DNA of 64,000 bases, taken from positions 512,001 to 576,000 of the forward strand of contig CAXXGJ010000038.1 of the NCBI GenBank assembly GCA_963677895.2. Reading direction: 5' to 3'. This stretch comes from Treponemataceae bacterium. Its GTDB lineage: Bacteria; Spirochaetota; Spirochaetia; Treponematales; Rectinemataceae. Positions 46,995-56,164 of this stretch are shown here, piece after piece. How positions within the stretch are numbered: the stretch's first letter is position 1; each line of letters starts with the position of its first letter. The notes under the pieces are model-generated. The model was not told the DNA's origin, made no database searches, and saw only the letters and a program-made list of their open reading frames with translations. The translations under genes and the position numbers were made by a program.

Positions 46995-49184
46995 TCATTT
47001 CGGCTTTTTCTTTTCCTCGTCGCCCTGCTCGGCTTTCTTTCTCGCCAGGGCGGCCAGCAATCCATGCGGGCGCTCTTCGGCAGGCTTAGGCGTCTCCCGT
47101 TTTTTCCGGGCAGGTTTCGGGTTGACCGACTTCGTTGGCGCCGCCGGCTTTGCCGATACTGTCGTTTTCGCCGATACCGCTGGCTTTGCTGGTACCACCG
47201 TCTTCGCGTCGCCCTCCAGGCTGAAGTCGGCTTCGGGGATCAGCTCGGGCTCGTTCGGCCCCGTGGGCTTTACCCGCCTGGCCGAAGAAACGGCTTCCAG
47301 GACTTCCCTGGTGGCGAGGCGCTGACCGGCCGATTTCATGCCTTTGCGCATATAATTCTTCGTCTTGAACGTCTCTTCGTTCTTTTTGGTGCGGGGTTTC
47401 TTGGCATAGCTGAGCGTGAACTCGAAATCCTTCTCCGTCGAGAAAAGGAGCATCTGGGCGCCTTCGGGAATGAGGGAGTAATCCTTGCCGATGATCCAGG
47501 TTTCGATCGAACTCCGCTTGATGTACGGGAAGCCAGTCCCCGCGGCGCGATAGATAATCGTGAGCGGGGTGGAACTGATCTCTTCCTTGTTGGCGACGGC
47601 CACCCATTGAAGCCCCTGATCGACGAAGAGTTTTTCAGGAACGGGCACCACCGAGTACATGCCGCTGTGCCGGACTACGAGGATGCGGTCGAATGCGGAT
47701 ACTTCGAGCAGTTTTTCTCCCGAGGAGACGGCCATCCCCAAATAGCCCGACTGCTCGTCGTAGCGGAGCGCGACGTCGCGGCGCGCCGCTTCCTTGACGT
47801 CGATCTTGGAGAAGCTCTGGATGGCGGTGCGCCGCGGCCACGAGGATTCAAGCTTCTTGGCCATGCCCTTGAGGAAGTCCACGGCATAGGCCACAAGGCC
47901 GCGAAGATGCGCCTCGATTTCCTTGAGGCGATCGCCGAGCCGGCGCATCTCGTCCTTCGCCTTTTCTATATCGTACAACGATATTCGGCGAATCGGTATT
48001 TTAAGCAGGCGTTCAATATCCTCGGGAGTCACCGCCCTGCCTATCTCCTTGGCGAAGGGCTCGAGCCCTTCGAGCACGGCGAGATTGACCGTTTCCTGCG
48101 TCTTTTTGTTCTCGATGCGCTTGTAGACGCGCTCCTCGATGAAAATGCGCTCGAGAGTCCTGGCATGCAGCTCGTCCAGCAGTTCGTCGCGGATTATCTC
48201 CAGTTCCTTCTTCAGGACGGCGAGAAGCTTGTCGGCATGGTGGCGGACGATCTCTGCGGGCGTCGTGATCTCCGGTTTCTGGTCGTGGATGACGAGGCAG
48301 TTGCAGGAAATGCTCTGCTCGCACTCGGTAAAGGCGTAGAGAGCGTCGATCACTTCCTGGGTGTACACCCCGCGCTGGAGGCGTATCTCGATCTCCACCT
48401 TGTCAGTGGTAAAATCGGAGATCGAGGCTATCTTGAGCTGGCCCGAGCGGGATGCCGCCTCGATGCTCGCGATGAGGCTTTCCGTCGTCGAGGAATAGGG
48501 AATCTCCCTGATCACGATCTTCTTGGGGTCGGAGATGTCGAGTTTGGCCCGTACGAGAACCTTACCGTTGCCCTCCCTGTAGTCCGAAAGGTCCATCGAT
48601 CCGCCCGTCGGGAAATCCGGGTAGACCTCGAATTTCTTGCCCTGAAGACAGGCTATTTCGGCCTTGATCACCTCCACCGGATTATGGGGCAGGATCTTCG
48701 TGCTCATCCCCACCGCGATGCCCTCGGCGCCCATGAGAAGGACGACGGGGAGTTTGGCGGGGAAATGCCTGGGTTCCTTGTTCCGCCCGTCGTAGGAATC
48801 GACGTAGGCGGTCGTCTTGGGATTGTAAAAGACTTCCTTGGCGAAGGCCGAAGCCCGGCATTCGATGTATCGCGCGGCCGATGCCTCGTCGCCCGTGAAA
48901 ATGTTGCCGAAGTTGCCCTGCTTGTCTATGAAAAGTTCCTTGTTCGCCAGGACGACGAGGGCCGAACCTATCGACTGGTCCCCGTGGGGATGGTACTTCA
49001 TGCAGTGGCCTATCGCGTTGGCCACCTTATGGAACTTGCCGTCATCCATCTCGAAGAGGGAGTGGAGAATGCGCCGCTGTACGGGCTTGAGGCCGTCCTC
49101 GAGATCGGGGATGGCGCGGTCCTTGATGACGTAGGAGGCGTAGTAGAGGAAATTATCGTTGAAAAGCTTCTTCAGGTATGCCAT
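46995..49184 (-). CDS. parC: DNA topoisomerase IV subunit A
   Basis: DRAIPDLEDGLKPVQRR, YHPHGD, AARYIE catalytic Tyr, GIAVGM; no GyrA box seen. Confidence 0.92.
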   Translation of the reverse strand: MAYLKKLFNDNFLYYASYVIKDRAIPDLEDGLKPVQRRILHSLFEMDDGKFHKVANAIGHCMKYHPHGDQSIGSALVVLANKELFIDKQGNFGNIFTGDEASAARYIECRASAFAKEVFYNPKTTAYVDSYDGRNKEPRHFPAKLPVVLLMGAEGIAVGMSTKILPHNPVEVIKAEIACLQGKKFEVYPDFPTGGSMDLSDYREGNGKVLVRAKLDISDPKKIVIREIPYSSTTESLIASIEAASRSGQLKIASISDFTTDKVEIEIRLQRGVYTQEVIDALYAFTECEQSISCNCLVIHDQKPEITTPAEIVRHHADKLLAVLKKELEIIRDELLDELHARTLERIFIEERVYKRIENKKTQETVNLAVLEGLEPFAKEIGRAVTPEDIERLLKIPIRRISLYDIEKAKDEMRRLGDRLKEIEAHLRGLVAYAVDFLKGMAKKLESSWPRRTAIQSFSKIDVKEAARRDVALRYDEQSGYLGMAVSSGEKLLEVSAFDRILVVRHSGMYSVVPVPEKLFVDQGLQWVAVANKEEISSTPLTIIYRAAGTGFPYIKRSSIETWIIGKDYSLIPEGAQMLLFSTEKDFEFTLSYAKKPRTKKNEETFKTKNYMRKGMKSAGQRLATREVLEAVSSARRVKPTGPNEPELIPEADFSLEGDAKTVVPAKPAVSAKTTVSAKPAAPTKSVNPKPARKKRETPKPAEERPHGLLAALARKKAEQGDEEKKKPK

Positions 49185-49193
49185 GGCTGCTTC

Positions 49194-51014
49194 CTAGAGG
49201 TCCGCGATGAGATTCTGCATGATGTATTCCCTGCGATCGGGCGTGTTCTTGCCCATATAGAATTCGAGGAGCTCGGGCACCGAGGCTAGGGTCTGTATGT
49301 CCACCTTCACGATGCGCAGATCCTTTCCGATGAACTGACCGAATTCATCCGGGCTGATCTCCCCCAGGCCCTTGAACCGCGTCGTCTCGCTGCCCGGGCC
49401 GAGGGCTTTGATGGCTTCGTCCCGCTCCCTCGCGCTGTAGCAGTATCGCGTCTCCTTCTTGGTCCTGACCCTGAAGAGGGGCGTCTCGAGGATGTACACC
49501 CTGCCTTGCGTCACTAGTTCCTCGAAATAGGTGAGGAAAAAGGTGAGAAGGAGATTGCGGATGTGGAAGCCGTCGTAGTCGGCGTCGGTGGCCATGATGA
49601 TCTTGCCGTAGCGCAGGTTTTCCAGCTCGTTCTCTATGCCCAGGGCCATCATGAGATTGTAGAGTTCCTCGTTCTTGTAGATGGCGGTCTGGCGCCTGCC
49701 GAACATGTTTTCCGGCTTGCCCCTGAGGGAGAAGATGGCCTGGGTGTAGACATCGCGTGAGCTGACCATCGATCCGGCCGCCGACTGTCCCTCGGTGATG
49801 AAGATCATCGATCCATCGCCCTTCTCCCCGTCGCCCAGGTGGTACTTGCAGTCCTTGAGCTTGGGGATCTTGAGTTCGATCTTTTTCGCCGCTTCCTTGG
49901 CTTCTTTCTTGACCACATTGAGTTCGGTGCGCAGCTTTTCGCTGGAGAGTATCTTTTCCTGGAGCTTTTTGGCCGCCACGGGATTGCGCCTCAGGAATTC
50001 GTCGACGCCCCGCTTCACTTCCTGCTGTATCCAGGGGCGGATTTCTGCGTTGCCGAGCTTGTTCTTGGTCTGACTCTCGAAAAGAGGGTTCTGGAGCTTG
50101 ACCGCCACTGCCGCCGCCACTCCCTCGCGTATGTCCTCGCCCTTCCAGGAAGCCTGGTAGAACTCGTTGACCGCCTTGAGGAAGCCCTCGCGGAAGGCCG
50201 AAAGATGGGTGCCGCCGTCCGAGGTATACTGGCCGTTGACGAAGGAGAAATGTTCCTCGCCGTAGTTGTTGGTATGGGTGAAGGAGAACTCGATCTTGTC
50301 GCCCACGTACCAGCCTATGTCATAGAGGGCGGAACCGTTGACCTCCGAGTCGAGAAGGTCGAGCAGCCCATTCTGGGCCTTGAATTCCTTGCCGTTGAGG
50401 ATGATGGTGAGGCCTGTATTGAGGCAGGCGTAGGCCCACATGCGCTTTTCCAGGAACTCCATGTTATAGCTGTACTCGGGGAATATTTCCGTGTCGGGGG
50501 TGAATTCCACGAGGAGGCCGTTTTTCTCCCTGCCCGCCGAATCCTCGCGGGAGCTCTTCAGCACTCCCCGCTCGAAGGTCGCCTCGAAGAGACGGCCGTC
50601 GCGGTAGGAGACGACGTGGAAATTCTTCGAAAGGGCGTTGACCGCCTTGGTTCCAACCCCGTTCAGGCCGACCGAAAACTGGAAGACGTCGTCGTTGTAC
50701 TTGGCGCCCGTATTGATGATCGAAACGCAGTCGATCACCTTGCCGAGGGGTATGCCGCGCCCGTAGTCCCTCACGCGGATCCTGTCGCCGGCGACGGTCA
50801 CCGCGATGCGGTTTCCGGCCCCCATGATGAACTCGTCCACCGAGTTGTCAATTACTTCTTTTATAAGGACATAGATTCCGTCGTCGATATTCGAGCCGTC
50901 GCCCAGCCTGCCGATGTACATGCCCGTCCGAAGACGGATATGCTCAAGGGAAGACAGCGTCTTGATCTTCGATTCGTCGTATATTGGCTTGTTGTTTTGT
51001 TTGGATTGTGCCAC
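49194..51014 (-). CDS. parE: DNA topoisomerase IV subunit B
   Basis: EHIRLRTGMYIG, EVIDNSVDE, GLNGVG, LRGK, TDADYDGFHI, RFKGLGE. Confidence 0.93.
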   Translation of the reverse strand: MAQSKQNNKPIYDESKIKTLSSLEHIRLRTGMYIGRLGDGSNIDDGIYVLIKEVIDNSVDEFIMGAGNRIAVTVAGDRIRVRDYGRGIPLGKVIDCVSIINTGAKYNDDVFQFSVGLNGVGTKAVNALSKNFHVVSYRDGRLFEATFERGVLKSSREDSAGREKNGLLVEFTPDTEIFPEYSYNMEFLEKRMWAYACLNTGLTIILNGKEFKAQNGLLDLLDSEVNGSALYDIGWYVGDKIEFSFTHTNNYGEEHFSFVNGQYTSDGGTHLSAFREGFLKAVNEFYQASWKGEDIREGVAAAVAVKLQNPLFESQTKNKLGNAEIRPWIQQEVKRGVDEFLRRNPVAAKKLQEKILSSEKLRTELNVVKKEAKEAAKKIELKIPKLKDCKYHLGDGEKGDGSMIFITEGQSAAGSMVSSRDVYTQAIFSLRGKPENMFGRRQTAIYKNEELYNLMMALGIENELENLRYGKIIMATDADYDGFHIRNLLLTFFLTYFEELVTQGRVYILETPLFRVRTKKETRYCYSARERDEAIKALGPGSETTRFKGLGEISPDEFGQFIGKDLRIVKVDIQTLASVPELLEFYMGKNTPDRREYIMQNLIADL

Positions 51015-51072
51015 GTAACTATAGTACCACAGGGGCGACTTCGGGTACAGTCCAAGCGATACTCTTTGCGTA

Positions 51073-51102
51073 TTGACTATTAGATACTAATTTATATATA
51101 AT
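51073..51102 (+). promoter_or_regulatory. Promoter of the hydrogenase cluster
   Basis: TTGACT-N18-TATAAT in an AT-rich tract, 10 nt before the ATG, with no SD. Confidence 0.6.
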
Positions 51103-51112
51103 ATTTTATCTT

Positions 51113-51421
51113 ATGAAACCCCAAAAAACCATCACCATCTGCATGGGCAGTTCCTGCTACGCCAGAGGGAACGCCTTCAATGTCGAAGCGATACAGACAT
51201 GGCTCAGAAACCATCGAATGGATGCCCAAATAGACCTGGGCGGCACCCTCTGCGAGGGACGATGCCGGGAGGGTCCCATACTGAAGATCGGATCGGCGAT
51301 CTATACGAAAGTGAATTCCGCGAGCGTGAGCGACATTCTCGAACATGAATTCCCGGCGGGGGAAAACGCGGAAAATGCGGAAGACGCTGAAGATTCGGGA
51401 TTTCCGGGAGCGTCGGCATGA
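51113..51421 (+). CDS. Thioredoxin-like [2Fe-2S] protein (HfsA/NuoE-like)
   Basis: CMGSSC...LCEGRC..GP. Confidence 0.85.
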   Translation: MKPQKTITICMGSSCYARGNAFNVEAIQTWLRNHRMDAQIDLGGTLCEGRCREGPILKIGSAIYTKVNSASVSDILEHEFPAGENAENAEDAEDSGFPGASA

Positions 51422-53196
51422 ATAAGGCTCAAGCCATCTATACCGAGCTGACGGCCTGCCAGGATTGCTACAAATGCCTGAGGGAATGCCCCGTGAAGGC
51501 GATCCGCATCTCGGAAAACCACGCCAAGGTCATGGGAGAGCTATGCATCAACTGCGGGCACTGCGTCGAAGTCTGTCCCCAGAAAGCGAAAAAAGTGAGG
51601 AGCGACCTGGAGCGGGCCAAGATACTGGTCCGGCTCAGGGCTAAGTCCGTGCTTTCCATAGCGCCTTCCTTCGCCGCCGAATTTCCCGGCCTGCCTATGG
51701 AAAACGTCGTCGCCGCGATCAAGGCTTTGGGTTTCCATGCCGTCTCGGAAACATCCTTCGGCGCCGACCTCGTATCGGCCGAGCTTTGCCGTTCCATGAA
51801 AAAGAATAAACCCGGGATCCTCATCTCCTCGGCCTGCCCTTCCGTCGTTCAATACATCCATAAGTACCTGCCGGCGTTTTCGGGCTATATCGCCGATGTC
51901 TGTTCGCCCATGGTCGCCCACGGAAGGTACCTGAAGAACATGCTCGGACAGGATACGGCGGTCATCTTCGCCGGCCCCTGCATAGCGAAAAAGACCGAAG
52001 CAGACGGTTCGGAAGGCGCGATCGACGTCGCGCTGACCTTCTGCGAGCTGCGCGCGTGGCTGGAAGAGGAAAAAATCGACATAAAGACCATTCAGCCCAC
52101 GAACGACGACCACCTATTCCCCAAAAGATCCTTCCACGGGGCGCTCTACCCTATCGAAGGGGGCATGATCGCCTCGCTCAAGCATGCCGGGCTCCAGGAC
52201 GCGCATTGCATGACCTTCTCCGGGATCAGGCAGATCAGGGAGGCGATACAGGGCGGAGCGTTCGCTCTCGACGCCGACTTCCCCGCTGCCGGTGATAAAA
52301 CGCTTTTCATCGAACTGCTAGCTTGCGAAGGAGGCTGCATCAACGGCCCCAAATCCGCCCGCGGCTCCGGGACGATCGCCAAGAGGCTGCGTGTCCTGAC
52401 CTACGCCGACGCGCGGAAATATGAGGCTCCAGCCCTCTCGGGAGCGGGGATGCTCCTCCAGCCCCGCTCGCTCATGGAAGCGCCGGTGAAGGAGGAAGCC
52501 GTCTCCGACGAGAACCTGAGGCTGGCCCTGGCCTCGATCGGGAAATACGGCCATAAGGACGAACTGAACTGTTCGGGCTGCGGCTATGACTCCTGCCGGG
52601 CTTTCGCCAGGGCGATGCTGCTGGACAAGGCAGAAAAGACCATGTGCGTTTCCTACATGAGAAACCTGGCGCAGAAAAAGGCCAACGCTCTCCTCAAAGC
52701 CATGCCTTCGGCTGCTGTCGTCGTGGACGCATCGATGCGCGTGGTGGAGTCCAATAAGCCCTTCGCCGAGCTGCTCGGCGCCGAGGCGATGGCCATTTTC
52801 GAGGTCAGGCCGGCCATGGAACAGGCCGACATCAAGAAACTCGTGCCCTTCTGGCAAGCGTTTCAGGACGTGCTCACGGCCGGCCACGCCGATAGCCTCA
52901 CGTCGGACTTCCGCATAAAGGACAGGGTCATCCACGGCACCGTATTCAGCATAGAAAAGGGCCTCCTCGCCGGCGGATTGTTCCAGGACATAACCGCTCC
53001 CTGGATACAGAAGGACAGGGTCATCCACCAAGCGCGGACCGTCATGCGCCAGAACCTCAAGACGGTGCAGAAGATCGCCTATCTGCTGGGCGAAAACGCC
53101 GCCGACGCCGAATCGGCGCTCACGTCCATCATCGAATCCTTCCAGGCGCAGGGGCCGGGCGATTCCTACGACGATTCCGAAAGGACATCGCCTTGA
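51418..53196 (+). CDS. Putative sensory [FeFe]-hydrogenase with a PAS domain (HydS/HfsB-like)
   Basis: 2x[4Fe-4S] motifs; H-cluster motifs SSACP, GPCIAKKTE, ELLACEGGCING; FeS motif CSGCGYDSC; C-terminal PAS. Confidence 0.88.
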   Translation: MNKAQAIYTELTACQDCYKCLRECPVKAIRISENHAKVMGELCINCGHCVEVCPQKAKKVRSDLERAKILVRLRAKSVLSIAPSFAAEFPGLPMENVVAAIKALGFHAVSETSFGADLVSAELCRSMKKNKPGILISSACPSVVQYIHKYLPAFSGYIADVCSPMVAHGRYLKNMLGQDTAVIFAGPCIAKKTEADGSEGAIDVALTFCELRAWLEEEKIDIKTIQPTNDDHLFPKRSFHGALYPIEGGMIASLKHAGLQDAHCMTFSGIRQIREAIQGGAFALDADFPAAGDKTLFIELLACEGGCINGPKSARGSGTIAKRLRVLTYADARKYEAPALSGAGMLLQPRSLMEAPVKEEAVSDENLRLALASIGKYGHKDELNCSGCGYDSCRAFARAMLLDKAEKTMCVSYMRNLAQKKANALLKAMPSAAVVVDASMRVVESNKPFAELLGAEAMAIFEVRPAMEQADIKKLVPFWQAFQDVLTAGHADSLTSDFRIKDRVIHGTVFSIEKGLLAGGLFQDITAPWIQKDRVIHQARTVMRQNLKTVQKIAYLLGENAADAESALTSIIESFQAQGPGDSYDDSERTSP

Positions 53197-54389
53197 TCCG
53201 GAACTTCGTAGAGATCGGCAACTATCAGCTGGCGAAACAGGGCGAACTGGCCGCCGGCGACGTATTCATGTCGAGAAAGCTTCACGATTCCGACAGGATA
53301 ATCTCGGTTCTGTCCGACGGTCTCGGCTCAGGCATAAAGGCCGGCGTGCTGGCTACGCTCACCGCCACCCTCGCCACGGGCTGCATCGCCTCCGACATGC
53401 CCATCAGGAAGACCGCCAGGCTCATCATGAAATCCCTGCCCGTGTGTTCCGAACGGAAGATAAGCTACTCGACCTTCACGATCGTGGACATTGAGAAGGG
53501 GACGGAGGTCAGGATCATCGAATACGACAATCCTCCCTATCTTCTGATCAGGGAGGGCGTGGACCTGGAGCCGATTAAGGTCGACATCGCGGTCACGAAC
53601 AAGGAAAGCATAGGCCGACATCCAAAAAAACCCGTCCTTCATTGGTCCACGTTCAAGGCTCAATTCGGGGACAGGCTCATATTTTTCTCGGACGGCGTCA
53701 CGCAGGCGGGGATGGGTACCAAGGCCATGCCCCTGGGTTGGGGGCTGAAAGGAGTCCGCGATTTCACGAATGACTTGATCCGCTCCCGATCCGACATTTC
53801 GGCGAGGGAAATCGCCCGCGCCATCGCCCTCAGGGCGGCATACTATGACGGGGGAGAACCCAAGGACGACATCACCTGCACCACGGCCTATTTCAGGCAG
53901 GCGAGGCGCCTGCTGCTCGCGTCGGGGCCGCCCATCCATCCCGAGGATGACGGCGAGCTCGCGGCGAGCTTTTCCGCCTTCGAGGGAAAGAAGATCATCT
54001 GTGGAGGGACGACCGCCAACATCATCGCCCGGGAACTGAAAAAGCGCATCCGGGTGTCGCTCAAGGCTTCCGACCCCCTCATCCCTCCGCCATCGGCCAT
54101 GGAAGGCGCCGACCTCATAACCGAAGGGATTCTCACCCTCGGCAAGGTAATAGAGTACATCGAGCAGGACTCCAAGCCGGAAAGCCTCGACGAAAACGCC
54201 GCGGCGATGATCCTCCAGCTGCTCGTCGATTCCGACGAGATCGAATTCCTCGTCGGCACGAAGATAAACGAGGCCCACCAGGACCCGACCATGCCGGTCG
54301 AACTGGAGATACGAAGAAATGTCATCAAGCGACTGGCCGCCCTCCTCGAGGAGAAATACCTCAAGGAAGTCGCGGTACGGTTCATCTAA
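53193..54389 (+). CDS. SpoIIE/PP2C-type Ser/Thr phosphatase (HfsC-like)
   Basis: AGD, LSDGLGSG, FSDGVTQ, DDIT, CGGTTA; TTGA overlap with the upstream gene. Confidence 0.88.
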   Translation: MIRNFVEIGNYQLAKQGELAAGDVFMSRKLHDSDRIISVLSDGLGSGIKAGVLATLTATLATGCIASDMPIRKTARLIMKSLPVCSERKISYSTFTIVDIEKGTEVRIIEYDNPPYLLIREGVDLEPIKVDIAVTNKESIGRHPKKPVLHWSTFKAQFGDRLIFFSDGVTQAGMGTKAMPLGWGLKGVRDFTNDLIRSRSDISAREIARAIALRAAYYDGGEPKDDITCTTAYFRQARRLLLASGPPIHPEDDGELAASFSAFEGKKIICGGTTANIIARELKKRIRVSLKASDPLIPPPSAMEGADLITEGILTLGKVIEYIEQDSKPESLDENAAAMILQLLVDSDEIEFLVGTKINEAHQDPTMPVELEIRRNVIKRLAALLEEKYLKEVAVRFI

Positions 54390-54408
54390 ATAGAAGCGGA
54401 GATGCATC

Positions 54409-54684
54409 ATGCGAAAAGCGAAAGTGACGATCTGCGTCGGCACGGCCTGCTATGTCCTCGGCGGAGCGGAAATCCTGAGCCAGCTCGAGGAGCTGAAAGC
54501 CGCCTTTGGCGACAAGGTGGAATGGGACGGCGCGCCATGCCTGGGTCTCTGCAAGTGCGGCAAGGAAAACAAGGCGCCTTTCGCAACGGTAAACGGCAAG
54601 GTCGTCGAGAAAGCGACCTTAGCGGCGCTTGAAGCTTCCATTCGCGAAGCGCTGGCAGGCGACGAAGATGGCCAGGGAAAATAA
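54409..54684 (+). CDS. Second small thioredoxin-like [2Fe-2S] protein
   Basis: CVGTAC...PCLGLC. Confidence 0.8.
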   Translation: MRKAKVTICVGTACYVLGGAEILSQLEELKAAFGDKVEWDGAPCLGLCKCGKENKAPFATVNGKVVEKATLAALEASIREALAGDEDGQGK

Positions 54685-56164
54685 CGCCGTCAAGCTCAGG
54701 CGCGAGCTGCTGTTCAGGATCGCCAGGCTCATGCTGGAAAACAGGCTGGAAGCCGACATAGACGGCATTCCCTTCGAGACAACCAGGGATGGCTGGGAAA
54801 TCATCCGCTGCTGCGTCCATCACGACAGGGCGCTGATTCGCCTCAGGCTTCTGGGCATGCTCGGTTTCTCGGCGGAAAAAATGTCCGACGTGGAACGGCC
54901 CCTGAGGGAATATGCCGCCGAGGCGATGAAAGCGGGGCGCCAGGAAGCCTTCCCGCTGACGATGATAACCGAGGCCTGCAATTCCTGCGCCAAGACGCGC
55001 TACCTCGTCACCGATGCCTGCCAGGGCTGTTTCGCCCGCCCATGCAAGACAGGCTGCCCCAGGAACGCGGTCAGCGTCGAGGGGGACCGATCCCGTATCG
55101 ATCCCGAACGCTGCGTGAACTGCGGGCTCTGCGAAAAAGCCTGTCCCTTCCACGCCATCATAAAGGTGCCCGTCCCCTGCGAGGAAACCTGTCCTGTGGG
55201 GGCGATCAGGAAAGGCGATGATGGCACGGCCGCCATCGATGAGGAAAAATGCATTCTCTGCGGAAGATGCGTGAACTCATGTCCTTTCGGCGCTCCCGTA
55301 GAGAAATCGGAGCTCGTGCGCGTCATGGCGGCGATTAGCGAGAAAAAATACGTGACCGCCATCGTCGCCCCCGCGGCTATGGCGCAGTTCCCCTTCTCCG
55401 CGGGGCAGTTCGCGGCTTCCCTCCTCCGCCTCGGTTTTGCCGAGGTGATGGAAGCGGCCGAGGCGGCCGATCTCGTGGCCGCGGAGGAAGCGAAAGAGCT
55501 GGCGGAGCGATTCTCCAAGGGAGACGGTTTTCTCGCGACTTCATGCTGCCCGTCATGGACAAGGGCCGCGCGAAGCATCCCGGCGGTGGCTCAGTATGTC
55601 TCCACTACGCCAAGTCCGATGATCGTGGCCGGGAGGCTCGCGAAAAAGCGAAAAGCCGAGACTTTTACGGTTTTTATCGGTCCCTGCGTCGCCAAGAAGT
55701 GGGAAGCCCGGAACAGCGCCATAAACGCGATCGACGCGAACGGGATCAGTGCCAACGCGATCGACGCGGTCCTTAGCTCCGAGGAAGTGGGAACCATGCT
55801 CATCGCGGCATCGATCCAGGTCAACGAGGAAAAGGAAATCGTTCTTTCCGGCGCTTCGCCCCTGGGAAGGGGTTTTGGGGCGTCAGGCGGCGTGGCGGCC
55901 GCGGTTACCAGGGAACTGGCGAAGCTGGCGGAAGGAGGCTTCTGTGTACCCGATGTCGAGGCTGTGGCAGTCTCGGGGCTCACGAAAGAAAACTTGACTG
56001 CAATAGCCGCCATGAAGCCGCAGCCGAAGGGAAAAGCCAAGCTGCTCGAGGTGATGGCCTGCGACGGAGGCTGCGTCAACGGCCCCTGCTCCATCGCCAA
56101 CGCCAAATCCGCGAAAGTTTTTCTCGAAAAATACAAGTTCAGCGGGACCGGACCGGCGAGCTAG
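54668..56164 (+). CDS. Monomeric [FeFe]-hydrogenase (group B/HfsD-like)
   Basis: Multiple ferredoxin motifs; TSCCPSW, GPCVAKKWE, EVMACDGGCVNG. Confidence 0.88.
   Translation: MARENNAVKLRRELLFRIARLMLENRLEADIDGIPFETTRDGWEIIRCCVHHDRALIRLRLLGMLGFSAEKMSDVERPLREYAAEAMKAGRQEAFPLTMITEACNSCAKTRYLVTDACQGCFARPCKTGCPRNAVSVEGDRSRIDPERCVNCGLCEKACPFHAIIKVPVPCEETCPVGAIRKGDDGTAAIDEEKCILCGRCVNSCPFGAPVEKSELVRVMAAISEKKYVTAIVAPAAMAQFPFSAGQFAASLLRLGFAEVMEAAEAADLVAAEEAKELAERFSKGDGFLATSCCPSWTRAARSIPAVAQYVSTTPSPMIVAGRLAKKRKAETFTVFIGPCVAKKWEARNSAINAIDANGISANAIDAVLSSEEVGTMLIAASIQVNEEKEIVLSGASPLGRGFGASGGVAAAVTRELAKLAEGGFCVPDVEAVAVSGLTKENLTAIAAMKPQPKGKAKLLEVMACDGGCVNGPCSIANAKSAKVFLEKYKFSGTGPAS

Noticed and set aside
46974..49289. 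771-aa ORF antisense to parC
   Set aside because: Codon-register mirror of a GC-rich gene; no SD and no domain motifs.
51015..51112. Rex operator upstream of the hydrogenase cluster
   Set aside because: AT-rich, but no TTGTGA-N6-TCACAA-like palindrome.
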